The notes under the pieces are model-generated. The model had not been told where the DNA came from and ran no database searches. It worked only from the letters and a program-made list of their open reading frames with translations. A stretch of 64,000 nucleotides of DNA from Eledone cirrhosa (taxonomy: Eukaryota): assembly GCA_964016885.1 (NCBI GenBank), contig OZ024744.1, positions 52,700,001 through 52,764,000 on the forward strand, in the 5' to 3' direction. The position numbers and the translations under genes were made by a program. Within the stretch, counting starts at the first letter, position 1. Each line of letters begins with the position of its first letter. This document shows positions 1 through 10,897 of the stretch, one piece after another.

Positions 1-371
1 ACCTACGAGATAGGTGCATTGATTCGAGCCTAGTGTACATGTGTACGGTGAACTCGGGCAACTCCACTTGGCATTACACTGGATCCACCGCGGGTACGTT
101 TAAAAAAAGATGGTATGTGCACAGACATTCGATGAAGAACCGTGCACTAATAGGTTCTACAACCCTCGCCAAAAAAATCTGGGAACTTAAGGACAATAAC
201 ATCGACTACAATATCAACTGGTCGAGGTTGTCGGCCACAAGGGCATATAGTACCGGTATGTCCTATTGTAGGCTCTGCGATCTTGAATTACTGTATATCC
301 TTAGGAACGATAAAAGGCTACTCAACAACAAAATAGAAAGGTCAATTTTCTGCAAACAAGATCGCTACTAA
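1..371 (+). pseudogene. C-terminal GIY-YIG endonuclease fragment of a Naiad-like Penelope element (runs off the window start)
   Basis: The frame reads RC..SLVYMC..WHYTGST..FKKRWYVH..S..STTLAKKIWELKDNNIDYNINWS..CRLCDLE..LLN. This is colinear with the C-terminus of the 4844-6988 ORF. Confidence 0.85.
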
Positions 372-1261
372 ATTCACAAGATTTAAGCCACCGTGATTCG
401 AACCAACATAACTTAGCCTTCAACATATGAAATCCGCACTCTTACACAGACCACCACAGAACTATAATATTTTTTAAACAGCTTCTAGCCTCCTTAATTC
501 TATACCACAGTAATGTCTGCAAATATCTTATCAACCCATAAATATATCTCTTCCCGGCTGCGGTCAACACCACCTCATCACATTAGCACTCATAATTTTC
601 AACAGATGAACTTAATTCTAAGTACATTATTTTACTACTACCACAGTCCTTGAAATATCACCTTCCTCCTGTTGTTATAATGAACACCCCAATGTATCTG
701 TAATAGTATCCATCATGTTCTCTATATATATCTTGCTTACTTAACCTCTGTATTGTCTTATTGCCTATATTGTTGTTATTGTTATCTTATTCATGCATGA
801 TTTGTTATTGAAGCTGTGAAAGCTAAACAACCCCCATGATTCGAACTAACAATCCCTACATGTAATATAGACCACTTAAATAATGAATCCACTTTACACC
901 GCATAAAAATTACCATCCTCACTACGATGAAAATATTTTATCTGTCAGATAATAAATAAATCTTACGGTCAGCAAACCTACAGTAAAGTAAATGGCCCAT
1001 TGTTTCAAGCCCCAGGTTATATCTACACTATATATATTGTACCCCACGACAGTCTTCACATGTCAATTTCATACATCTGTTTCGTATCAGTTCGTTTTAC
1101 ATGCTAAAGTCATCAGTGTACTCTATTTCTTACTTAGATTGATGTGATTATTTTAACTATTTACTATCTAGCTAATTTATTTGAGTATTGTTATTATTGT
1201 CCTGATTTAATGCCACTACTATATATAGAAGCCATGCCTGTGTATATCCTTCATTCTCGCA

Positions 1262-1369
1262 TGCTCTGATGAATAGACTGGTTATAACAAAGTATTGGTG
1301 ATCGATTGACGCAAAAACAGGCGGGTAGCGATCTCTAGACCTACCAGTTCAGAGAAACAATTGTCAGCA
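1262..1369 (+). ncRNA. Type I hammerhead ribozyme in the PLE 3' region, with an extended stem II
   Basis: Stem I TGCT/AGCA; CTGATGA at 1266-1272; stem II ACTGGT(1277-1282)/ACCAGT(1343-1348); GAAAC-AATT-GTC palindromic stem III with a GUC cleavage triplet; AATAAA follows at 1375. Confidence 0.75.
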
Positions 1370-1737
1370 ACGTGAATAAAGCCCTTATTGTATAGCAAAC
1401 CATATCACTCTTCTTTCTTGATTTATTATTACTCCAAGTGTAAACTACATAGAAATTACTGCGTACTCGTAGCATCACTATGGAAACGTCTTGTTGAGTC
1501 AAACTTAGCCAAGCGTTAGTACTATCCACTACTCGGAGTACCCTAACTGGACTACATATAAGTGGACTACCTGTAACAATAACTTGTTATCCTGTATATA
1601 TATAATATATATTTTGAATTGAGTTTGAATTATTTTTCCCACATCTTACGTTAACTATTTTCCCATTTTGACGCTATAGTCACTTATATACTATGGAATA
1701 CTGTTGGCTTCTTGCTACAATACTTTCTATACCTTTC

Positions 1738-1768
<31 letters not shown>

Positions 1769-3006
1769 ACCTTAAAATTACTATAGATACGAACCTTACT
1801 AATGCTAACTTTCTTGATATTAATCTTGATCTACTTACTGCCTCTTTTAAACCCTATCATAAACCTAATGAAAATCTTAGGTATATACACAAAGAGTCTT
1901 GCCATCCCCCTATAGTTTTTAATAATCTTATTCCTAACATTAGCCGTAGGATTTCTACCTTATCTTCGTCTATAGACATTTTTAATAAAGCCGCCCCTTA
2001 TTATAATAAAGCCCTTAAGAACAGCGGTTTTACAGAAAAACATTCTTATTTACCTACTCCCCCCCCCCCAAACTAACCATAATAACAGGAAAAGGAAGAT
2101 TATTTGGTTCACACCCCGCTTCTCTCTAACTGTCAAAACTAATGTAGGAAGGAAATTCCTTGAACTATTAGACAAACATTTTCCTCCTATTCATAGATAT
2201 TATAAGATTTTTAATAGGAATGTAGTTAAGATCAGCTACTCTTGTTGCCCATCTATGAAGTCCAAAATCACCAGTTCATACCGTACGAGGATAAATCCAG
2301 GATGCAGTTGCAGGAAGCCGGATGAATGCCCATTGCAGGGTAAATGTAACACAAAATCTGTCGTTTATGAGGCTAAGATAACGCCAGTAATCAACAACCA
2401 GCCAGCCAGGAGTGAGCGATATGTCGGTATGACCCAGGACAGGTTTAAAACCAGATTTTACTCACATGTCGCTTCTTTTAAGCACTCCGATAAACGAACA
2501 TCAACGGCCCTCGCAAGTAAGGTATGGGATCTCAAGGATAGTAACATCCCGTACTCTATTGATTGGTCTATATTAGACCATTCGAGGGAGTACCAAAGGG
2601 GCACAAAGAATTGTTCTTTGTGTACCACAGAAAAGTATAGGATTTTACTAAACTTGAGAGCCACTTCCGCTTGCCTTAACTCAAAGACTGAGATCTTCAG
2701 ATGCTGTCCTCATCTGAAATCGCATCTGATCTGTAACTGGATTGACACTCCTATGATAAATCAACCGCCTTGAACTCCTACTCTGCTCTTTACTTCTGCT
2801 ACGGTTTTTATTTTGCTGATTCTACGTTCTGTACTCTTGAATATTTAAAAAAAAATTTTCTCCCTTACCTCCCCTTATATTTTTCCTCCTCTTATGCCCC
2901 TACCCCATATATTCTTTTTGTTTTGCCCTTCACATACCTATGTGTATGTGTATGTATTTTTGTGTGTATATATATATGTATATATATATATATGTATATA
3001 TGTATG

Positions 3007-3155
<149 letters not shown>

Positions 3156-3240
3156 ATGTGTGTGTATGTGTATGTGTATATATATGTATATTTATATTTG
3201 TATGTGTATATGTATGTATATGTGGATAAACCAGGTTTTT

Positions 3241-3298
3241 TTCATTCTGAAGATTGAAGGAAACATTTTTTGCTTTTAAGAAACCTCTGGTGAATGGA
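3241..3298 (+). ncRNA. Hammerhead module A, copy 1 (GUG at the cleavage triplet, probably impaired)
   Basis: TTCATT CTGAAGA TTGAAGG..CTTTTAA GAAAC CTCTG GTG AATGGA. Confidence 0.7.
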
Positions 3299-3438
3299 AT
3301 AATTGCCTTATGTTGCTTTATTACTTTACTACTATATATACGTTTATGTAAGGTTCATTTGTCTTATCTAAGACTGAGTTTTACACATACACATATGTAT
3401 ATGTGTGTGTGTATGTGTATGCATATGTGTATATGTAC

Positions 3439-3498
<60 letters not shown>

Positions 3499-3673
3499 AT
3501 GTGTGTGTGTATTTATATATATTTATGTGTGTGTGTGTGTGTGTGTGTGTGTTTGTATTTGGTTGTGCGTGTTTTTGATATATACGTATTTGCATGTGTA
3601 TAATTGTTTAGCTATGTATGTATATGTGTGTATACGTATATGTGTGTGTGTGTGTGTGTGCGTTTATATTTTA

Positions 3674-3753
<80 letters not shown>

Positions 3754-4187
3754 ATATAATTACATATACATGTGTGTGTGTTTATATTGTATACGTGTGC
3801 GTGTTTGTGTATGTATGTGTATGTATGTGTTTATGTATTTGTATATGTATATTTATGTGTGAGAGTGTGTGTATGTGTTTACTATTTCGTACGTATGTAT
3901 ACGTGCTTTTGTGTGTATTACTTACCACGCGTGTCTGTCCTGTTAGCTGGTTCATGTAACGATGTCAAACATTTTTTTTTAAATATATATATATATATAT
4001 ATATTTTTTATATTTATTTATTTGCGTGTGTGAATATGTAGAGGAGTGCATTCATGTATGTGTATCTATGTACGTTTTGTATGTTTGTGTGATTGTATGT
4101 ATGTATATATGTGTGTGTGTATGGCTATGTTTGTGTATGTGTATTCTTGTACACACACATGTGTATGTGTGTGTATGTGTATGTGTG

Positions 4188-4229
<42 letters not shown>

Positions 4230-4244
4230 CACATATATATATGT

Positions 4245-4288
<44 letters not shown>

Positions 4289-4565
4289 ATGAATGTATGT
4301 ATGTGTATATGTGTGTATATATGTGTATGTGTATGTAAGTGTACGTTTTTTATATATATGTGTATATGTATATATGTATGCGTACATATATATATGTATA
4401 TATGTATGTGTGTAAGTATGCTTTTGTGTTTTTTTGTGTGTGTTTGCATGTGTAGTTTTATTTTATTTTATTTTTATTTTCCTTCTCCCCTCTCCAGCCT
4501 CACTTTCATATAGATTGCATTTTTGTTTTTTTTAAATCCAAATTCAATAAACAAACCAGGATTTT

Positions 4566-4623
4566 TTCATTCTGAGGATTGAAAGCAAAACCTTTTGCTT
4601 TTAAGAAACCACTGGTAAATGGA
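4566..4623 (+). ncRNA. Hammerhead module B, copy 1 (GUA)
   Basis: TTCATT CTGAGGA TTGAAAGCAAAA-CC-TTTTGCTTTTAA GAAAC CACTG GTA AATGGA. All core nucleotides and three stems are present. Confidence 0.85.
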
Positions 4624-4843
4624 ATAATTGCCTTATGTTGTTTATTACATAATAATAATAATTAAGCTCTGTTGCCTACATAGAGCACTCTTTTTTCCTG
4701 GACTTTTTCGATGGAATCACTTCATTTATACAGCTCCAACCGGGATTGATCGAAGCATATTCTATATTACATATACGATTGGCACTTTCCAGCCCGATTA
4801 GTTGAGCACTCTACAGTTTTCAGGAATTTAACCAACATACACC

Positions 4844-6988
4844 ATGGACCTTTATGATTTGGATTATTCTATCAAAAATATACCCACTCCTTCCAACACA
4901 ACTTACACCAAAATCCTCATAGATAAAATCGAACAAGTCGTTAAAAGAATGAGATGGAAGGCAATGGTTTACGATGGACTTTTCAGTGCTGATACTAAAG
5001 ATTGTTTTGACATTAAATCCCGTAAATATCCACCTAGAATTAAAGACATGGCCAACTTCGAATTAGACCTCGTTAATCTAATTAGTGATATCAAATTTCG
5101 TAAGTACAATAATAACTTTCAAACTAAACTGTCTAACGATATCTCTAATTTTAGAAATTCTACAAACACTTTCGTTCTTTCTGATAAAACTAAAAACCTC
5201 TTTGAAGTTAATAGTAATTTGTATAACCAACTTTTAACTAATAGTATTACCAATAAATATCAATTAACTAATAATAATACCTACAATACTATCAATAAAG
5301 AAGCTAAAGAACTAGCTAGTTCTTTACAAATAGACAACCGGATTGAAAGCTTAGCTAAGCGTAAAGCATATATTACCCTTAAAGACCATAAATTGGACTT
5401 TACTAATCGACCTAGTTGTAGACTGATTAACCCGGCTAAATCCGAGGTTGGCCTTGCTAGTAAGAAAATCTTAAGAAAAATAATTCTCCAAATTAGAACT
5501 AACACTGACCTATCACAGTGGCTAAATACTTCCTCTGTTATTTCTTGGTTCAATATTATACAAGGTAAAAATAAGTGTAGATTTACCCAATTTGATATTG
5601 TCGATTTTTACCCTTCTATTACTGTTTCCTTATTAACTAATGCCTTAGATTTTGCAAGACCCTTCATTAATATCTCTAAATTAGAAGAGGACATTATCTT
5701 TCATGCTAGAAAAACTTTACTTTTTACTAATATTTGGGTTAAAAAGTCAAACCCTGAAAACTCTTTTGATGTTGCAATGGGTTCATATGACAGTGAGGAT
5801 GTGTGTGACTTAGTAGGATTATTCCTTCTCCACACACTCAAACAGAAATTTCCGTCCCATAATATCGGTTTATACCGTGATGACGGATTAGCAGTTTCTC
5901 ATACCACCAACGGCCATCATCTTGATAAATTCTGTAAAGATTTAATCAATACTTTTGCTAATCTTAACCTTAAAATTACTATAGATACGAACCTTACTAA
6001 TTCTAACTTTCTTGATATTAATCTTGATCTACTTACTGCCTCTTTTAAACCCTATCATAAACCTAATGAAAATCTTAGGTATATACACAAAGAGTCTTAC
6101 CATCCCCCTATAGTTTTTAATAATCTTATTCCTAACATTAGCCGTAGGATTTCTAGCTTATCTTCGTCTATAGACATTTTTAATAAAGCCGCCCCTTATT
6201 ATAATAAAGCCCTTAAGAACAGCGGTTTTACAGAAAACATTTTTTATTTACCTACTCCCCCCCCCCCCCCCCCAAAAAAAAATAAAACTAACCATAATAA
6301 CAGGAAAAGGAAGATTATTTGGTTCACACCCCGCTTCTCTCTAACTGTCAAAACTAATGTAGGAAGGAAATTCCTTGAACTATTAGACAAACATTTTCCT
6401 CCTATTCATAGATATTATAAGATTTTTAATAGGAATGTAGTTAAGATCAGCTACTCTTGTTGCCCATCTATGAAGTCCAAAATCACCAGTTCATACCGTA
6501 CGAGGATAAATCCAGGATGCAGTTGCAGGAAGCCGGATGAATGCCCATTGCAGGGTAAATGTAACACAAAATCTGTCGTTTATGAGGCTAAGATAACGCC
6601 AGTAATCAACAACCAGCCAGCCAGGAGTGAGCGATATGTCGGTATGACCCAGGACAGGTTTAAAACCAGATTTTACTCACATGTCGCTTCTTTTAAGCAC
6701 TCCGATAAACGAACATCAACGGCCCTCGCAAGTAAGGTATGGGATCTCAAGGATAGTAACATCCCGTACTCTATTGATTGGTCTATATTAGACCATTCGA
6801 GGGAGTACCAAAGGGGCACAAAGAATTGTTCTTTGTGTACCACAGAAAAGTATAGGATTTTGCTAAACTTGAGAGCCACTTCCGCTTGCCTTAACTCAAA
6901 GACTGAGATCTTCAGATGCTGTCCTCATCTGAAATCGCATCTGATCTGTAACTGGATTGACACTCCTATGAAAAATCAACCGCCTTGA
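4844..6988 (+). CDS. Penelope-like reverse transcriptase plus GIY-YIG endonuclease (Naiad-type), 714 aa
   Basis: Motifs [84 protein letters not shown]. Confidence 0.93.
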   Translation: MDLYDLDYSIKNIPTPSNTTYTKILIDKIEQVVKRMRWKAMVYDGLFSADTKDCFDIKSRKYPPRIKDMANFELDLVNLISDIKFRKYNNNFQTKLSNDISNFRNSTNTFVLSDKTKNLFEVNSNLYNQLLTNSITNKYQLTNNNTYNTINKEAKELASSLQIDNRIESLAKRKAYITLKDHKLDFTNRPSCRLINPAKSEVGLASKKILRKIILQIRTNTDLSQWLNTSSVISWFNIIQGKNKCRFTQFDIVDFYPSITVSLLTNALDFARPFINISKLEEDIIFHARKTLLFTNIWVKKSNPENSFDVAMGSYDSEDVCDLVGLFLLHTLKQKFPSHNIGLYRDDGLAVSHTTNGHHLDKFCKDLINTFANLNLKITIDTNLTNSNFLDINLDLLTASFKPYHKPNENLRYIHKESYHPPIVFNNLIPNISRRISSLSSSIDIFNKAAPYYNKALKNSGFTENIFYLPTPPPPPPKKNKTNHNNRKRKIIWFTPRFSLTVKTNVGRKFLELLDKHFPPIHRYYKIFNRNVVKISYSCCPSMKSKITSSYRTRINPGCSCRKPDECPLQGKCNTKSVVYEAKITPVINNQPARSERYVGMTQDRFKTRFYSHVASFKHSDKRTSTALASKVWDLKDSNIPYSIDWSILDHSREYQRGTKNCSLCTTEKYRILLNLRATSACLNSKTEIFRCCPHLKSHLICNWIDTPMKNQPP

Positions 6989-7221
6989 ACTCCTACTCTG
7001 CTCTTTACTTCTGCTACGGTTTTTATTTTGATGATTCTACGTTCTGTACTCTTGTATATTTAAAAAAAATGTTTCTCCCTTACCTCCCCTTATATTTTTC
7101 CTCCACTTATGCCCCTACCCCATATATTCTTTTTGTTTTGCCCTTCACATACCTATGTGTATGTGTATGTATTTTTGTGTGTATATATATATGTATATAT
7201 ATATATATATGTATATATGTA

Positions 7222-7334
<113 letters not shown>

Positions 7335-7419
7335 ATGTGTGTGTATGTGTATGTGTATATATATGTATATTTATATTTGTATGTGTATATGTATGTATAT
7401 GTGGATAAACCAGGTTTTT

Positions 7420-7477
7420 TTCATTCTGAAGATTGAAGGAAACATTTTTTGCTTTTAAGAAACCTCTGGTGAATGGA
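7420..7477 (+). ncRNA. Hammerhead module A, copy 2 (GUG)
   Basis: Same sequence as 3241-3298. Confidence 0.7.
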
Positions 7478-7617
7478 ATAATTGCCTTATGTTGCTTTAT
7501 TACTTTACTACTATATATACGTTTATGTAAGGTTCATTTGTCTTATCTAAGACTGAGTTTTACACATACACACATGTATATGTGTGTGTGTATGTGTATG
7601 CATATGTGTATATGTAC

Positions 7618-8097
<480 letters not shown>

Positions 8098-8122
8098 ATG
8101 TGTGTGTGTATTTATATATATT

Positions 8123-8168
<46 letters not shown>

Positions 8169-8279
8169 TATTTGGTTGTGCGTGTTTTTGATATATACGT
8201 ATTTGCATGTGTATAATTGTTTAGCTATGTATGTATATGTGTGTATTCGTATATGTGTGTGTGTGTGCGTTTATATTTT

Positions 8280-8334
<55 letters not shown>

Positions 8335-8768
8335 ATATAATTACATATACATGTGTGTGTGTTTATATTGTATACGTGTGCGTGTTTGTGTATGTATGTG
8401 TATGTATGTGTTTATGTATTTGTATATGTATATTTATGTGTGAGAGTGTGTGTATGTGTTTACTATTTCGTACGTATGTATACGTGCTTTTGTGTGTATT
8501 ACTTACCACGCGTGTCTGTCCTGTTAGCTGGTTCATGTAACGATGTCAAAAAAATTTTTTTAAATATATATATATATATATTTTTTTCTTATATTTATTT
8601 ATTTGCGTGTGTGAATATGTAGAGGAGTGCATTCATGTATGTGTATCTATGTACGTTTTGTATGTTTGTGTGAATGTATGTATGTATATATGTGTGTGTG
8701 TATGGCTATGTTTGTGTATGTGTATGCTTGTACACACACATGTGTATGTGTGTGTATGTGTATGTGTG

Positions 8769-8822
<54 letters not shown>

Positions 8823-9170
8823 TATATATATGTATGTGTGTGTCTGTGTGTGTGTGGGTGTGTGTGTATGTGTGTGTGTGTGTGTATGTATGAATGTATG
8901 TATCTGTATATGTGTGTATATATCTATATGTGTATGTAAGTGTACGTTTTTTATATATACGTGTATATGTATATTTGTATGCGTACATATATATATGTAT
9001 ATATGTATGTGTGTGTAAGTATGCTTTTGTGTTTTTTTGTGTGTGTGTTTGCATGTGTAGTTTTATTTTATTTTATTTTTCCTTTCCTTCTCCCTTCTCC
9101 AGCCTCACTTTCATATAGATTGCATTTTTGTTTTTTTTAAATCCAAATTCAATAAACAAACCAGGATTTT

Positions 9171-9228
9171 TTCATTCTGAGGATTGAAAGCAAAATCTTT
9201 TGCTTTTAAGAAACCACTGGTAAATGGA
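9171..9228 (+). ncRNA. Hammerhead module B, copy 2 (GUA)
   Basis: Same as 4566-4623 except for one loop base. Confidence 0.85.
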
Positions 9229-9350
9229 ATAATTGCATTATGTTGTTTATTAAATAATAATAATAATTAAGCTCTGTTGCCTACATAGAGCACTCTTTTT
9301 TCCTGGACTTTTCCGATGGAATTACTTCATTCACACATATATATATATAT

Positions 9351-10166
9351 AATTAAGTTAAAAATGTACATCCACATATGTATACTGAAATACTAGTATG
9401 CATATGAATACACACACGTGTACATATGTAGATGTACCGAGTTTTTCACTGGTCACTTTACTGTGAGTGTCCAGCTATTCTGTATGTAAACACACATACA
9501 AACCGGTTTTTAGAGTCATACTGGTTTTTGAGGAAACACCTTTCCTCTATTCTCCAGAAAGCCAGACAAGGAACATTGGACTAGTTTCGATGTTGTTACA
9601 TGTGGATGTACATTTTTAACTTAATTGTTTAAGCGTCAGTCATACAAAAGTGAGTTACAAACGAAACGAAATTTAATTTCGTTTCGTTATTTGTTTTTAT
9701 CGTCTCCGCTGAACCGGTACGTACTCACGCTCTATGCAAATTAGTCTGCCCACTACTAATTTTCATAGAAAAAGCATATAACGATATGTGCTTTTACGAT
9801 TCTCTAGAAAGGCCGGAAGATAGGTAAATATTGCTGATGAGATGTAACAACATCGAAACTAGTCCAATGTTCCTTGTCTGGCTTTCTGGAGAATAGAGGA
9901 AAGGTGTTTCCTCAAAAACCAGTATGACTCTAAAAACCGGTTTGTCTGTGTGTTTACATACAGAATAGCTGGACACTCACAGTAAAGTGACCAGTGAAAA
10001 ACTCGGTACATCTACATATGTACACGTGTGTGTATTCATATGCATACTAGTATTTCAGTATACATATGTGGATGTACATTTTTAACTTAATTGTTTAAGC
10101 GTCAGTCATACAAAAGTGAGTTACAAACGAAACGAAATTTAATTTCGTTTCGTTATTTGTTTTTAT
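9351..10166 (+). mobile_element. Non-coding hammerhead-containing retroelement (retrozyme-like / non-autonomous PLE) with terminal redundancy and a 5' inversion
   Basis: 9601-9700 repeats at 10067-10166 (period 466). 9351-9601 is the reverse complement of 9842-10092. Flanked by (TA)n, with no convincing ORF. Confidence 0.8.
9828..9870 (+). ncRNA. Minimal type I hammerhead ribozyme
   Basis: ATATTG CTGATGA GATG-TAACAA-CATC GAAAC TA GTC CAATGT. Canonical core, GUC triplet and palindromic ACTAGT stem III. Confidence 0.9.
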
Positions 10167-10897
10167 ATATATATATATATATAATATTATAAAGCCGTGT
10201 CGTGTGTATTATGTATGTATGTATCCTACACACCACTATAGTTTGTTAGCTTTACTCTCTCCGTCGCTCTTCCCTCTCAAATACTATAAAGTTGAGCGTC
10301 GTCTCTCCGTCGCTCTTCCCTCTCTCTATAATAGATCATGCCCCTCTCTATAATTTAACTGCTTTACTCTCTCTGTTGCTCTTCACTCCCAAATATTATA
10401 AAATTGAGCGACGTCTCTCTCTCTCTCTCCCTCTTTCACCCTCTCTATAATTTAACTGCTTTACTCTGTCTCTCTTCACTCTCTATATGACAACACTCTT
10501 TTACTTTTTGTTTTAATTGTATCTCTATCTGTCTAACGACCTATCTCTCTCTCCTTTCCCCTCCCTTTGTTTTTCTGTCGTCGCTCGCATAAGTAATACA
10601 CACACATACACACGCACACACACACACACATACAGACACACATAATATAACATCAAAACAAAACACGCAGACACACACATACACATACACACATACACAA
10701 ACACATGTATGTATGTATGTATGTATGTATGTATGTATGTATGTATGTATGTATGTATGTATGTATGTATGTATGTATGTATGTATGAAGCTCTTGTGCT
10801 TAAGCAACGACTCCGTTGGAGTGGTCACCTTGCCAGGATGAAGGATTCTAGAATACCAAAACAACTCTTCTATGGAGAGTTGGTTAAAGGAAAAAGA

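Noticed and set aside
6986-6988. TGA as a selenocysteine codon in the Naiad-type ORF
   Set aside because: It lies after all conserved Cys motifs, and I could not identify a SECIS.
10709-10897. N-terminus of the 935-aa ORF
   Set aside because: It derives from (TATG)n plus the duplicated target sequence and is in frame by chance.
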